This document shows positions 1 to 10,006 of a stretch of DNA of 64,000 nucleotides, piece after piece. The stretch covers positions 10,008-74,007 of the forward strand of contig JAZLBG010000107.1 of the NCBI GenBank assembly GCA_045613585.1, given 5' to 3'. Source of the DNA: Candidatus Fimenecus sp. (GTDB taxonomy: Bacteria > Bacillota > Clostridia > Oscillospirales > Acutalibacteraceae). The notes beneath the pieces are model-generated. The model ran no database searches, was not told the origin of the DNA, and saw nothing but the letters and a program-made list of their open reading frames with translations. Both the position numbers and the translations under genes were made by a program. How positions within the stretch are numbered: position 1 is the stretch's first letter; each line of letters starts with the position of its first letter.

Positions 1-3000
1 TAGAAATAAATGATTATACATTTTACAATTGCGAAAGTTTAACGAATATAACAATACCAAGTGGTGTAACATCAATTGGCAATAGTGCATTTCGTGATTG
101 CACAAGTTTGCAAAGTATAACAATTTCAGATAGTGTAACATCAATTGGTAATTATGCTTTTTATAATTGCGAATCACTGATGAATACAAATTTTTTAGGA
201 AATGCGGATGATTGGGCAAGAATAGCATTTGGTGATATGTACTCAAATCCAATGGGATGGTCAGCAAATGATTATTTTAATGGAGAGTTAGTTACTACTA
301 TTGTTTTAAGTGATGATATTACTAAAATAAACGATTATGCGTTCGAATTTTGTAATACTTTAACTGATTTAATAATTCCTAATAGTGTAACCGTAATTGG
401 TGAAGAGGCTTTTTGGGGTTGTAATTCATTAAAAAATGTAACATTAGGTAATGGTATTAAGAAAATTGGTTCAAGTGCTTTTAGTTATTGTTCTTCATTA
501 ACAAATATGTATTTTAGTGGAACGGCGAATGACTGGGTAAACATAAATTTTGATAGTTTACAAGCCAATCCAATGTATTATGCAGAAAATGAATATTTTG
601 CTTCTCAATTAGTAACTGAGGTTATTTTAAATACTGATATTTCTAGAATTAATGATTACGCTTTTAATAGTTGTAATTCATTAAAAAAAATAATTATTCC
701 AAATGGTGTAGTTTTGATAGGAAAACAGGTTTTTAAAAATTGCACAAGTTTAGAAAGTGTAGCAATTCCAGATAGTGTAACATCAATTGGTGAGTCATCG
801 TTTGAGAATTGTTCAAGCTTGCAAAGTTTTGTAGTGCCTAATGGTGTAACATTAATCGGTGATTATATGTTTCATAATTGTTCAAGTTTGCAAAGTGTTG
901 TAATTCCAGATAGTGTGACATCGTTTGGTTATTTGTCTTTTAATAACTGCGCTAGTTTACAAAGTATAAAAATTCCAGATGGTATGACCCAAATTAGTAA
1001 CTATATGTTTGAAGGGTGCTCAAGTTTAGAGAGTGTAATAATTCCAGATAGTATAACATCTGTAGGTAAAAAAGCCTTTTATGGTTGTGAAAAATTGCAA
1101 AGTGTTGTAATTCCAGAGGGCGTAACATCAATTGTTGATTCAACATTTTATAATTGCTCGAGTTTAGTAAATATATTGATTCCAGATAGTGTAATATCAA
1201 TTGGTGCGTATGCATTTTATAATTGTACGAGTTTACAAAGTATCACAATTCCAAATGGAGTGACTTCAATCAACAAAGCAACATTTAAAAATTGTTCAAG
1301 TTTACAAAGCATAACAATTCCAAGTGGAGTAACATCAATTGGTGCAAGTGCATTTGAAAACTGTGCTAGTTTACAAAGTATAAAAATCCCAGATAGTGTA
1401 ACAACAATTGATGAGTATGCATTTTGTGGTTGTGAAAGTTTAACAAACATATTAATTCCGGATAGTGTTACCTCAATTGGTTATAGAGCATTTAGAGATT
1501 GTACAAGTTTAAAGGATGTTTACTATAGTGGCTTACCTGCACAATGGAGTGAAATTGAAATTGATTCTTTTAACAGTGAATTGACTAGTGCAACAATTCA
1601 TTATCATTATGGTCAAGAACATATTTATGGTGATTGGAAAACAATACTTGAGCCAACTTGTACAACTTTAGGTAGTAAACAACACGTTTGTTCATTGTGT
1701 GATTATGTAGAAAGCGAAGATATTACAATTCTCGGTCACGATTATGCAAAAGAATATACAGTTGATATGATAGCAACATGTACAACAGAAGGTAGCAAAT
1801 CACAACATTGTTCAAGATGTGATAGTACAACAAATGTAACAGTAATTCCTGCAATTGGCCACAGTTATGGTAACTGGACAACAGTAAAAAATCCAACTTG
1901 TACAGAAACAGGTAGTGAAAAACATACTTGTGCAACTTGTGGAAATGAAGAAACAAGAGAAATTGCATCTCTTGGTCATGATTATGCCGACGAAATTACA
2001 ATTGACTTTGAGCCAACATGTACTGAAGAGGGCAGCAAGTCAAAACATTGTTCAAGATGTAATAGTACAACAAATGTGACAGTAATTCCTGCAAATGGCC
2101 ACACTTTATCTGAATGGTATTTAGATGCTGAGCCAACTTGTACAACAAATGGCTCAAAACATAAGGAATGTACAGTTTGTGGTGAAGTTCTTGAAACTAA
2201 ATCAATTTCTCCAACAGGACACAGTTATAGTGAATGGTTTGTTATGGAAGACCAAACTTGCGATACTCCTGGTTATGAAGAACGCTGTTGTTTAAATGCT
2301 GACTGTGAATTCCATGAAGAAAGAGATATTCCTGTTCTTGGTCACGATTATGCAGACAACTACACAGTTGACAAACAGCCAACACATTCATCAGCAGGTA
2401 GCAAGTCAAAACATTGTTCAAGATGTGATGCAAAAACAGATGTAACAGCAATTGAAAAGCTTTACTATGGCTCAAAAACATACACAGGCCTTTATAAAGT
2501 AGATGGCACATGGCGTTATGTGAAGAATGGTGAGCTTGATAATACATTCACAGGCCTTGTAAAATACAGTGGCAAATGGTATCACGTAAAAGATGGTGTT
2601 AAGACTACATACACAGGTCTTGTAAAACATACTGACGGCAAATACTACTATGTAAAGAATGGTGTTAAAACATCATTCAATGGCCTTGTTAAATACAACG
2701 GCAAATGGTACTATGTAAAATCAGGTGTAGTAAATACAAGCTATACAGGTCTTGTAAAACATACTGATGGTAAATACTATTATGTAAAGAGTGGTGTCAA
2801 AACATCATTCAATGGTCTTGTTAAGTACAACGGCAAATGGTACTATGTAAAATCAGGTGTTGTTAATACAAGCTATACAGGTCTTGTAAAACATACTGAT
2901 GGCAAGTGGTACTATGTGAAGAAAGGTGTAAAAACATCATACACCGGCACAGTAACCTACAACGGCAAAAAATACAAAGTTAAAAATGGTGTAAAAGTTT

Positions 3001-3002
3001 AA
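1..3002 (+). CDS. Cell-surface leucine-rich-repeat (BspA-type) protein with Cys-rich modules and C-terminal cell-wall-binding repeats; 5' end lies outside the window
   Basis: The reading frame is open from nt 3, so the track start at 108 is an internal TTG. About 20 copies of the ~22-23 aa unit IP.SVTSIG..AF..C.SL. Six GH(D/S)Y...TCT..GSK..C..C modules. C-terminal YTGLVK..GKWYYVK.GV repeats. Confidence 0.8.
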   Translation, partial: EINDYTFYNCESLTNITIPSGVTSIGNSAFRDCTSLQSITISDSVTSIGNYAFYNCESLMNTNFLGNADDWARIAFGDMYSNPMGWSANDYFNGELVTTIVLSDDITKINDYAFEFCNTLTDLIIPNSVTVIGEEAFWGCNSLKNVTLGNGIKKIGSSAFSYCSSLTNMYFSGTANDWVNINFDSLQANPMYYAENEYFASQLVTEVILNTDISRINDYAFNSCNSLKKIIIPNGVVLIGKQVFKNCTSLESVAIPDSVTSIGESSFENCSSLQSFVVPNGVTLIGDYMFHNCSSLQSVVIPDSVTSFGYLSFNNCASLQSIKIPDGMTQISNYMFEGCSSLESVIIPDSITSVGKKAFYGCEKLQSVVIPEGVTSIVDSTFYNCSSLVNILIPDSVISIGAYAFYNCTSLQSITIPNGVTSINKATFKNCSSLQSITIPSGVTSIGASAFENCASLQSIKIPDSVTTIDEYAFCGCESLTNILIPDSVTSIGYRAFRDCTSLKDVYYSGLPAQWSEIEIDSFNSELTSATIHYHYGQEHIYGDWKTILEPTCTTLGSKQHVCSLCDYVESEDITILGHDYAKEYTVDMIATCTTEGSKSQHCSRCDSTTNVTVIPAIGHSYGNWTTVKNPTCTETGSEKHTCATCGNEETREIASLGHDYADEITIDFEPTCTEEGSKSKHCSRCNSTTNVTVIPANGHTLSEWYLDAEPTCTTNGSKHKECTVCGEVLETKSISPTGHSYSEWFVMEDQTCDTPGYEERCCLNADCEFHEERDIPVLGHDYADNYTVDKQPTHSSAGSKSKHCSRCDAKTDVTAIEKLYYGSKTYTGLYKVDGTWRYVKNGELDNTFTGLVKYSGKWYHVKDGVKTTYTGLVKHTDGKYYYVKNGVKTSFNGLVKYNGKWYYVKSGVVNTSYTGLVKHTDGKYYYVKSGVKTSFNGLVKYNGKWYYVKSGVVNTSYTGLVKHTDGKWYYVKKGVKTSYTGTVTYNGKKYKVKNGVKV
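2610..2960 (+). repeat. Near-identical 132-bp (44-aa) tandem repeat, ~2.6 copies, inside the cell-wall-binding region
   Basis: Unit starts at 2610, 2742 and 2874 (tacacaggtcttgtaaaacatactga...), with only a few synonymous or conservative differences. Confidence 0.85.
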
Positions 3003-3016
3003 TAACAAATAATTAA

Positions 3017-3044
3017 GGCGGGAGATTTTCTCCCGCCATTTTTT
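3017..3044. terminator. Bidirectional rho-independent terminator between convergent genes
   Basis: Stem ggcgggag/ctcccgcc (3017-3024 with 3030-3037), followed by a T-run. Confidence 0.75.
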
Positions 3045-3051
3045 ATACTAA

Positions 3052-4800
3052 TTATGCATTTTTATCAAGAATTGGTGTATCAACAAACTCTACAATTGGC
3101 TCGCCTTTAAGTCCATCACTTTCAAAAACTACAATTTCATTTTCACCAACATTTAAAAGTGATGCCGGCACATAAAGTGTAACCTGAGGACCAATTTCCC
3201 AATATCTACCAATGTTAAATCCGTTAATTGTTACAAATCCCTTTGTAAAGTTTGGTAACTTTAAGAATGTATCTTTTGCATCATCAATTGTGAATGTACC
3301 TTTATAGAATGCACTCTTTTCTTGTGGATTTTCGTCACTATAAACCACATTATCAAGATTGTTCATTTCAAGGCAATAAACATCCCAGTCAAAGTGGATT
3401 GTTTTATTAAGAAGGCAACGGCCTGCAATACCTTTTTTGCGCATCATTTTTGCACCAAAGTTAGCTCTGCCCATATTTTCACAAAGGATTGTAAGACGGT
3501 CACCCTTTTTAGCATTAATTTGAAGCTCAAGTTTTTCGTCATTAATATAAACAATACCTGCAAGGTCGCGATTTATGTAAATTTGCGCTCTGTCACCAAG
3601 ACTTTCAAATGAAAGTGTAGTATCAACATAATCACGATTAAGAATTGTTGTGTATGCAATATAACCATAGCCCTGACCATTTTTTTCCATACAAAGTGGC
3701 ACATCATTGTGCTTTTTCTCTGCAAGGTTAGAAAGATTTTCAAAAAGACCTGCAACTTCTGTAAGTTTTACTTCACCATAAGCCTTTTTCTCGCGATTTG
3801 CAGGGACTTCTGGCAATTCCTCGCTTGTGTATTTTTTAATAACATCTCTTACCGCATAATATTTTGGTGTTACATCACCACATTCTGTAAGCATTGCATC
3901 ATAATCATAACTTGTAACATCAGGTGAGAATTTTTCATAATGATTTGCACCACTTGTGAAACCAAAGTTTGTGCCACCAATAAACATATACATATTCATA
4001 CTGCCACGAGAAAGCATATCGTCAACAACTTTAGCATAATCTTCTGCAGATGTTGTGTGATGCTTTTCGTCACCCCAACCGTCAAACCAACCATTCCACA
4101 TTTCCATGCACATTTTTGGTGCATCTGGGAATAACTCGTCATGTGCCTTAAAGTTTTCTTCAACACGACTACCAAAGTTAAGAGTTGTAAAGCAACCATC
4201 AATGCTACCATCTAAAAGATTTTCTTTAGATGTGCCATCAGATGTGAAAAGTGGCACATCAATACCGCGACGAATATAACCATCACGAAGATAAGCAAGA
4301 TATTTTTTGTCATCACCATAGTAGCCGTATTCGTTTTCACATTGCATCATAATAACATTGCCACCATTGGTGCAAAGAAGTGGACGCACTTCGTCAAAAA
4401 GTCTATCAAGATATTTATCAAAATGCTCAATATATGCCTTGTTAGAGCAACGGATTTCCATGTTTTCATCAGCTTGAATCCACCAAGGAAGCCCACCGAA
4501 TTCCCATTCAGAGCAGATATATGGACCAGGTCGCACTATTGCCATAAGACCTTCTTCTTGTGCGATTTTCAAGAACTTTGCAATATCAAGATTGTTTGTG
4601 AAATCATATTCATCAGGTTTTTTTTCGTGCATATTCCAAGCGCAGTATGTTTCAACACAATTACAACCAATTGCACGAAGTTTTTTGAAAATATCACGCC
4701 ATGTGTCAGGCATATTTCTGAAATAATGCACCGCACCTGAAATGATTTTTATAGGTTTTCCATCTTTTATAAATTGATTTCCTTTTACTTCAAATGTCAT
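3052..4800 (-). CDS. Glycoside hydrolase family 35 beta-galactosidase
   Basis: GH35 hallmarks: SGAVHYFR, CENEYGYYG, MEMWNGWFDGWG, GGTNFGF. Start moved to ATG 4800, which follows an AAAGGGGA RBS; the track start at 4857 has no RBS. Confidence 0.85.
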   Translation of the reverse strand: MTFEVKGNQFIKDGKPIKIISGAVHYFRNMPDTWRDIFKKLRAIGCNCVETYCAWNMHEKKPDEYDFTNNLDIAKFLKIAQEEGLMAIVRPGPYICSEWEFGGLPWWIQADENMEIRCSNKAYIEHFDKYLDRLFDEVRPLLCTNGGNVIMMQCENEYGYYGDDKKYLAYLRDGYIRRGIDVPLFTSDGTSKENLLDGSIDGCFTTLNFGSRVEENFKAHDELFPDAPKMCMEMWNGWFDGWGDEKHHTTSAEDYAKVVDDMLSRGSMNMYMFIGGTNFGFTSGANHYEKFSPDVTSYDYDAMLTECGDVTPKYYAVRDVIKKYTSEELPEVPANREKKAYGEVKLTEVAGLFENLSNLAEKKHNDVPLCMEKNGQGYGYIAYTTILNRDYVDTTLSFESLGDRAQIYINRDLAGIVYINDEKLELQINAKKGDRLTILCENMGRANFGAKMMRKKGIAGRCLLNKTIHFDWDVYCLEMNNLDNVVYSDENPQEKSAFYKGTFTIDDAKDTFLKLPNFTKGFVTINGFNIGRYWEIGPQVTLYVPASLLNVGENEIVVFESDGLKGEPIVEFVDTPILDKNA

Positions 4801-4868
4801 AGTGAATCCCCTTTGATTTAATAGATATAGCATAACATTTTTAAATGATAAATACAATAAGATTTTGT

Positions 4869-4899
4869 AAAAAACAGCAGTCCAGAATTGAACTGCTGT
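4869..4899 (-). terminator. Rho-independent terminator after the MerR-like gene
   Basis: Stem acagcagt/actgctgt with an A-run on the + strand, which is a T-run on the - strand. Confidence 0.6.
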
Positions 4900-4903
4900 T
4901 TTA

Positions 4904-6220
4904 CTATTTGTTATTTATAATTCTTAAAAATCTGTCAACATATTCTTGGTCCATAAAACAATCTTCATAATTTTCTTCACTTGACTCTTTTATAGCACCA
5001 CATTCCATTATTTTCTGGTCAAATTCTTCAAGTTCAAGATATGTATTATCAGCATATCTTTGAATTTCTTCTGAAACCTGACCGCCTGTAAAAAGCAAGG
5101 TTTTGCCATCAATTTTCACTTTGTAATAAAAATTGCCTTTTTTCTGATATTCAAAAGGAGCCAGTCCGCCATCACCAAAACCTGTAATAACTTTCTCTAC
5201 TTGGTCATAAGAATAAACCTTACCTTTAATGTTCAGTGGTGAATGAACAATTATACTATCTTCAGTAACAAATACTGTATTCATTAAACAAAGATAAGTT
5301 GATGCAAACCATAATACACCAAGTAAAACTAATCCTCTTATGCAATTCTTAATATCAGGTCTGTAATTTTTAATCTCTTTGAAATTATCAATTACTTGTT
5401 TTACCATTAAAAATCCAAGACCCGCAACACCCATTATTGCGAATATATAAATAGTAAATGGTATTTGATGCGTTTCAAAGAATAACCATTCGTCAGGTGC
5501 TAAAATTTCATATATTAACTTTGTGCCATAAATAATACTGGAAAATATAGCAATAAAAGCGACTATTACAAAAATCCAATAGGAAGAGTGTTGCTTGTTT
5601 TTTCGCTTAACTTTCGCTTTAAACTGTTTTCTGTTTTTGAAAAAGTTAATCCATATAAGTGTAATCACAACGGTGCTAATCAAAGCTAAAACAGCATTAA
5701 GTGCAAGAGATTTGTTCATCCCCGTAGCAATGTTGAGAAAAAGCCAACCAATAGGGCCACAAAAAGCAAGGGTTGATGCAATTGTGGTAGTTAAAGAGGG
5801 GACAGCTAAATCATTTATGACTTTTCGCAATTCCGACATTTCTTCGCCTTCAAGAAATTCAATAGCATCAGCATAATCTTCAAATTTCAGTTTATCTTTT
5901 GATAAATCTTTTGAAAGTCCGTTAAGCAAATCTCTTTTAGAAGAAATATCTTCAGTTTCATCTTCATATTCTTCCATTTTCTGTTGGATTTTATCTGCAA
6001 CAGTTTCAGGAGTATCATTGAGAAGTATACCAATTTCCTCAATCGAAAAATCAAAATATCGATATACTTTAATACGCTTCAACTGATTAATATTTTCTTC
6101 AGTGTAATTGCGATAATCATTTTCTTCGTTACGTTCAACCGTTATAAGTCCTTTTGACTCATATAAACGAATACTTTTGGCAGTAAGCCCTGTTAACTTT
6201 TCAGCTTCTTTAATCGTCAT
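4904..6220 (-). CDS. MerR-family transcriptional regulator fused to a multi-pass membrane domain
   Basis: N-terminal MerR HTH (MTIKEAEKLTGLTAKSIRLYESKGL), then several hydrophobic helices. ATG 6220 follows an AAAGGGG RBS. Confidence 0.7.
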   Translation of the reverse strand: MTIKEAEKLTGLTAKSIRLYESKGLITVERNEENDYRNYTEENINQLKRIKVYRYFDFSIEEIGILLNDTPETVADKIQQKMEEYEDETEDISSKRDLLNGLSKDLSKDKLKFEDYADAIEFLEGEEMSELRKVINDLAVPSLTTTIASTLAFCGPIGWLFLNIATGMNKSLALNAVLALISTVVITLIWINFFKNRKQFKAKVKRKNKQHSSYWIFVIVAFIAIFSSIIYGTKLIYEILAPDEWLFFETHQIPFTIYIFAIMGVAGLGFLMVKQVIDNFKEIKNYRPDIKNCIRGLVLLGVLWFASTYLCLMNTVFVTEDSIIVHSPLNIKGKVYSYDQVEKVITGFGDGGLAPFEYQKKGNFYYKVKIDGKTLLFTGGQVSEEIQRYADNTYLELEEFDQKIMECGAIKESSEENYEDCFMDQEYVDRFLRIINNK

Positions 6221-6398
6221 AAAATCGCCCCTTTTAGACAATCTAATTATATCAAATTGTCTTGATATAATCAATTGCCTTTTGTTTTCACTTAATATAT
6301 ACACCCTGACCCAAGGGCAAGGTCAAGAATTTTTTGAAAATTTATTGTTCTTTATATCAAAATAAAAAGCACTCACTACAAAGTAGCAAGTGCTTTTC

Positions 6399-6474
6399 TG
6401 GCAGGGGCAGTAGGATTCGAACCCACGGCACGTGGTTTTGGAGACCACTGCTCTACCAACTGAGCTATACCCCT
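6399..6474 (-). tRNA. tRNA-Trp (anticodon CCA), with encoded CCA end
   Basis: Reverse complement folds as a cloverleaf: acceptor AGGGGTA/TGCCCCT, D-arm GCTC/GAGC, anticodon stem GTGGT/ACCAC with loop CTCCAAA, T-arm GTGGG-TTCGAAT-CCTAC, 3' GCCA. Confidence 0.9.
6434..6470. repeat. attL core (37 bp), equal to tRNA-Trp nt 5-41
   Basis: ggttttggagaccactgctctaccaactgagctatac, identical to 41267..41303. Confidence 0.85.
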
Positions 6475-6505
6475 GTATCAACGTTTCAGCGACCTGTGCG
6501 TTAAA

Positions 6506-6527
6506 AATGTACCAAATAATGTACCAA
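6506..6527 (+). promoter_or_regulatory. Tandem AATGTACCAA x2, a candidate integrase arm-type site on the left arm
   Basis: AATGTACCAA at 6506 and 6518. The same tandem pair occurs at 41107/41118 in the same orientation. Confidence 0.4.
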
Positions 6528-6834
6528 TTTTTACTGAAAAATCGCTGACTTCAATTGTGCTACAATTTGAAGGTGAGTATCCTCTCCAAATCGTTCGACT
6601 AATTATAACAGAACGACTTGTATTTTGTCAACCTTAAAATTGAATTTTCTCTTGACGAATTGAAAAAGATATGCTATACAAAAAAGCTGCATATCTATCA
6701 TACTAATATTACCAAATTGACGATTTGGTTTTTGCATGTGGGATTGCCTTTGTCTGCAGGGTTTTTCGATTTTTTCTCCTTGTGTGAATAACATCAAAGA
6801 CAATCCTTATAACCTCCTTTCCTAGAAAGGCGAA

Positions 6835-6871
6835 AAATCTCTCGGGTTGCGTACTTACCGGGAGATTTTTT
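6835..6871 (+). terminator. Strong hairpin plus T-run upstream of the rep-like gene; orphan terminator or attenuator
   Basis: 11-bp stem aaatctctcgg/ccgggagattt, 12-nt loop, then tttttt. No + strand gene lies upstream. Confidence 0.5.
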
Positions 6872-6940
6872 GTATATATAAACAAAATTTAATTATCTCT
6901 TTCATTCTTTAATTAAACGAGTGAAAGAGGTGATTTTTAT

Positions 6941-8170
6941 TTGAATGTTTATGATATATTGTATCCACCATCAACCCAGTACAAAGGTTGGGTGCAAATT
7001 GCTACACTAAATCAAGAAAAACAAATGGTTTCGCTTGGCTATTCTGATTTTCAGCATATTAAAGAAAAAGCCGAAAAATTAAAAATCAATCCAAATCAAG
7101 ATTATTACATAATGGCAAATACAGTTAATCAATACACAAAGCGAATTAGTGACAATCTATTTTCACTAAATAATATTGTTATAGATTGTGACATTCATTC
7201 AGACATTTCACAGTATGAGCGGGATGAGATAATTGAAGATTTCATATGGCGACTTAATCGAGATTTGTTTAATCTTAATGAGTTGCCCAAATGCAATATT
7301 GCTCATTACACGGGTAGGGGAATTCAACTTTGGTGGCATTTAGGTTCAACATCGTCCAAACTGATTTTTGTATATGAAAAAGTTATTGATTATATTGTTA
7401 TAATTCTCAAGAGCTTTCTCGATGAGTATCCTGAATTAAAACAATATATAGAAATTGATGTATTGGCTAGTAAAAACACAGTTGGATTATTCAGAATGTT
7501 CAATACCCATAATACAAAAATTGATAAAGATACATATGTGGAGGTTTTGCACGACAAATCATTTGGCCTTAATGAATTGCTTAATCAATTAAAAGAGAAT
7601 GAGATTGTTAAAGAATATCTACAACAAAAAGAAGCATTAAAAAAGAAGTATACAAGAAGAGCAAAAAGAGCCCAAAAGACTTATAAAAAGAATAGTTATT
7701 CGGCTCTGCATTATAAACGGATAAGAATTATTGAAGAATTGGCAAAAAAAGAAGACACAACGGGTAAACGAGATATGATGTTGTTCCTTGCCTTTAACTC
7801 TGCAAGACAGATTTATCCAATAGAGCAGGCCAAAACAGTTTGTATCAATATAAACAACTCGTTTGATGAACCACTAAAAGACCTGGAATACATATTCAAG
7901 CAAAAGAAAGTTTATAACATTAAAAATAGTACTTTCTTTGAGCGTTTAGGAGTATCAGAAGAGGAGTTAATTAATATCGGAGCATACGAATTAAGCAAAC
8001 CGAATATAACAAGAGATACAGAAAGGCAACAAAGGAAAATGGAGAAACAGAAAAATAAAGACTTAGCAGTACAACTATTAAAGTCTGGAATCGCTCATAA
8101 AAAGATTAAAGAACAAACAGGGCTATCGTTATCAACAATTGCAAGATTATCAAAAGAAAACAAAAATTAA
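6941..8170 (+). CDS. Replication-initiator / primase-polymerase-like protein with C-terminal HTH
   Basis: TTG start after a GAAAGAGG RBS. VIDCDIH (DxD-type) and GRGIQLWWH (sGxGxHhh-like) motifs resemble prim-pol/Rep proteins of plasmids and IMEs. C-terminal GLSLSTIARLSK HTH. Confidence 0.45.
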   Translation: MNVYDILYPPSTQYKGWVQIATLNQEKQMVSLGYSDFQHIKEKAEKLKINPNQDYYIMANTVNQYTKRISDNLFSLNNIVIDCDIHSDISQYERDEIIEDFIWRLNRDLFNLNELPKCNIAHYTGRGIQLWWHLGSTSSKLIFVYEKVIDYIVIILKSFLDEYPELKQYIEIDVLASKNTVGLFRMFNTHNTKIDKDTYVEVLHDKSFGLNELLNQLKENEIVKEYLQQKEALKKKYTRRAKRAQKTYKKNSYSALHYKRIRIIEELAKKEDTTGKRDMMLFLAFNSARQIYPIEQAKTVCININNSFDEPLKDLEYIFKQKKVYNIKNSTFFERLGVSEEELINIGAYELSKPNITRDTERQQRKMEKQKNKDLAVQLLKSGIAHKKIKEQTGLSLSTIARLSKENKN

Positions 8171-8208
8171 GCACCCAATCGTGAGAAAAATCGATTGAGT
8201 GCTTTTTT
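8171..8208 (+). terminator. Rho-independent terminator after the rep-like gene
   Basis: Stem gcacccaatcg/cgattgagtgc (one mismatch), then tttttt. Confidence 0.65.
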
Positions 8209-8374
8209 ATATATCAAAATTGTCAAAATGGTTCATAGTATAGTTATATTATACTCGAGACAATGCTGATGCGTGCGTTGTTAATTAAAACGACCCTTTA
8301 GATATATATTATATTAATAACAATTTGTATGACTTAATGGTCTGTCATAATGAGTATGGAACAAATGGTTAACA

Positions 8375-8433
8375 CAATTACACTTTGTCCGTAACCCGAA
8401 CAAAGTGTTTCTAACTCCGTAAGGGTGTAATTG
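8375..8433 (+). promoter_or_regulatory. Candidate oriT: nested inverted repeats immediately upstream of the relaxase gene
   Basis: Inner IR acactttgt (8380-8388) / acaaagtgt (8400-8408). Outer IR caattacac (8375-8383) / gtgtaattg (8425-8433). Confidence 0.4.
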
Positions 8434-8437
8434 ATTT

Positions 8438-9934
8438 ATGAAAGGATTGATTTATATGTATCAAAGTATTTCTGCACACATTGATAGTACATTTTCTATT
8501 GCTCATAATAATAGGTTGTTAATTAGCCCGAATGTAAATCCAGAATTAAGTTGTAATAATTATTATTGCGTTGAAAGTGGTAAGACGCATGCAACTATCG
8601 AGCAAATCTATGATAAAGTGTTCGAGCCCTCTTTTAGAGAGTTCCAGAGCAAACAAAAACCAAGTCGAAGAGTAGATATGTCATATCTGGATTACATTCG
8701 CACTAAAAGTGCTGAAGCGAATGCCAAAACCACAGATGCACGACATAAAAATAATGCTATAAAAGAAGCGTATGAAGTGGTTATATGCATAGGTAATCGT
8801 AATACGATACCTTTTGGCAGTACCGAATTTGAGCAAGCAGCCGAGTTGTTGAAAGAAACATGCGATAGGATTGTTAATTTGCCGTATGTTGTGACTATTA
8901 CAGATAAAGAATTGCAAGATGAATCATGGAAACCACCGGACAATTGCTTAGTGGTATATAATCTAGTTACTCATACCGATGAACAAAATTCTTGCCCAGG
9001 AATTCACTTTACATTGATTCCCTGCTGCCATGCCAAGAGAGGTCCTGAACGACAGGCCTTATTAAAGCAAACCTTCGAAAATTTAGGATATCCCACAGTG
9101 TATGAAATTGTTAAAAATATAAATGGTGACCCTGTTCAAAAAACAGATAGAAACAATCAACCTGTTTTTGCTGATAAAGGTAATCCGGTATATAAAAAAC
9201 GATTAGTTAAAGGTGGCATATTAGATTGGATAGAGGACGAAATCAAACAACCTATCGCCACTCAGATGAAAGAAAGGTATGGTTGGGAACGCACTTCGAC
9301 TGTTGGTGGACGTTCTCATTTAGATATTAAAGACTATAAGATTTACACCAAGAATCTTGAAATAGAAACGCTGAATAAAAAGTTGGCAAATAGATATGAT
9401 GATATGCAAACGATGAATAATAAGCACTATAATTCATTGTTAAACTACAATAAAAATGAACAGCATGATTCCAATGCTTGTTGGAGGGAGTATAGCCAAG
9501 TAACTCAAGATTTTTGGAGTTGGTATAATCGTGAAAAAATACTCTTAAAAACAATGCGAGCATCAATAAAAACAGATGATGAAAGACGTCGCCTTGAAAT
9601 TGACCATATAAACAATCTGCTCTTTAGAAGTAATAATTTGATTGAAGTAATAATCTTACTTATCATAAAACTCTATTATATGTTATCTGCAAAACAACGC
9701 AACGATTACGAAAGAGAAATTAAAAGCATAATTGAACAGCAGGCAAGGTTAAGTAAGATAGCAAAAGAAATGAGCACGAATAACCATAAAACATTAAAAG
9801 AGTTAAAGAATCATACATGTGAAACTGAATTAATCAAAGAATTGGAGATGATTCGAGACAAATTAATTAGGGAGTATGATAACACATACAAAAACAAAAA
9901 TATGCGTGATGTTAATCAGGTTTTTGAAAATTAA
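8438..9934 (+). CDS. MobV-family (Pre/Mob) relaxase
   Basis: N-terminal region with HTDEQNSCPGIHFTLIP, which matches the HxDE...PHxH signature of Mob_Pre relaxases. Long coiled-coil C-terminus. The start could alternatively be ATG 8456. Confidence 0.65.
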   Translation: MKGLIYMYQSISAHIDSTFSIAHNNRLLISPNVNPELSCNNYYCVESGKTHATIEQIYDKVFEPSFREFQSKQKPSRRVDMSYLDYIRTKSAEANAKTTDARHKNNAIKEAYEVVICIGNRNTIPFGSTEFEQAAELLKETCDRIVNLPYVVTITDKELQDESWKPPDNCLVVYNLVTHTDEQNSCPGIHFTLIPCCHAKRGPERQALLKQTFENLGYPTVYEIVKNINGDPVQKTDRNNQPVFADKGNPVYKKRLVKGGILDWIEDEIKQPIATQMKERYGWERTSTVGGRSHLDIKDYKIYTKNLEIETLNKKLANRYDDMQTMNNKHYNSLLNYNKNEQHDSNACWREYSQVTQDFWSWYNREKILLKTMRASIKTDDERRRLEIDHINNLLFRSNNLIEVIILLIIKLYYMLSAKQRNDYEREIKSIIEQQARLSKIAKEMSTNNHKTLKELKNHTCETELIKELEMIRDKLIREYDNTYKNKNMRDVNQVFEN

Positions 9935-10006
9935 TTATTATTTTAATTGGAATTCGTCATCATCTGTCATACTGTTTGTAGAAAACAAAATGAAAGGGGT
10001 GATAAA

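Noticed and set aside
700-1500. Regular ~66-69-bp periodic DNA repeats that could be mistaken for a CRISPR array
   Set aside because: The periodicity is the coding LRR unit, in frame and conserved at the protein level. There is no repeat/spacer alternation and there are no cas genes in the window.
994-2547. Antisense ORFs inside the LRR gene (994-1215, 1217-1450, 1723-1968, 2242-2547)
   Set aside because: They lie entirely inside a long ORF with clear repeat-protein features on the opposite strand. They have no RBS, and their low-complexity translations are typical of antisense frames in AT-rich DNA.
6603-6803. 66-aa minus-strand ORF next to attL
   Set aside because: It has a GGAGG about 9 nt upstream of a TTG start, so it cannot be excluded. 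However, it is short, highly basic, without motifs, and lies in a region full of hairpins. The support is not good enough to call.
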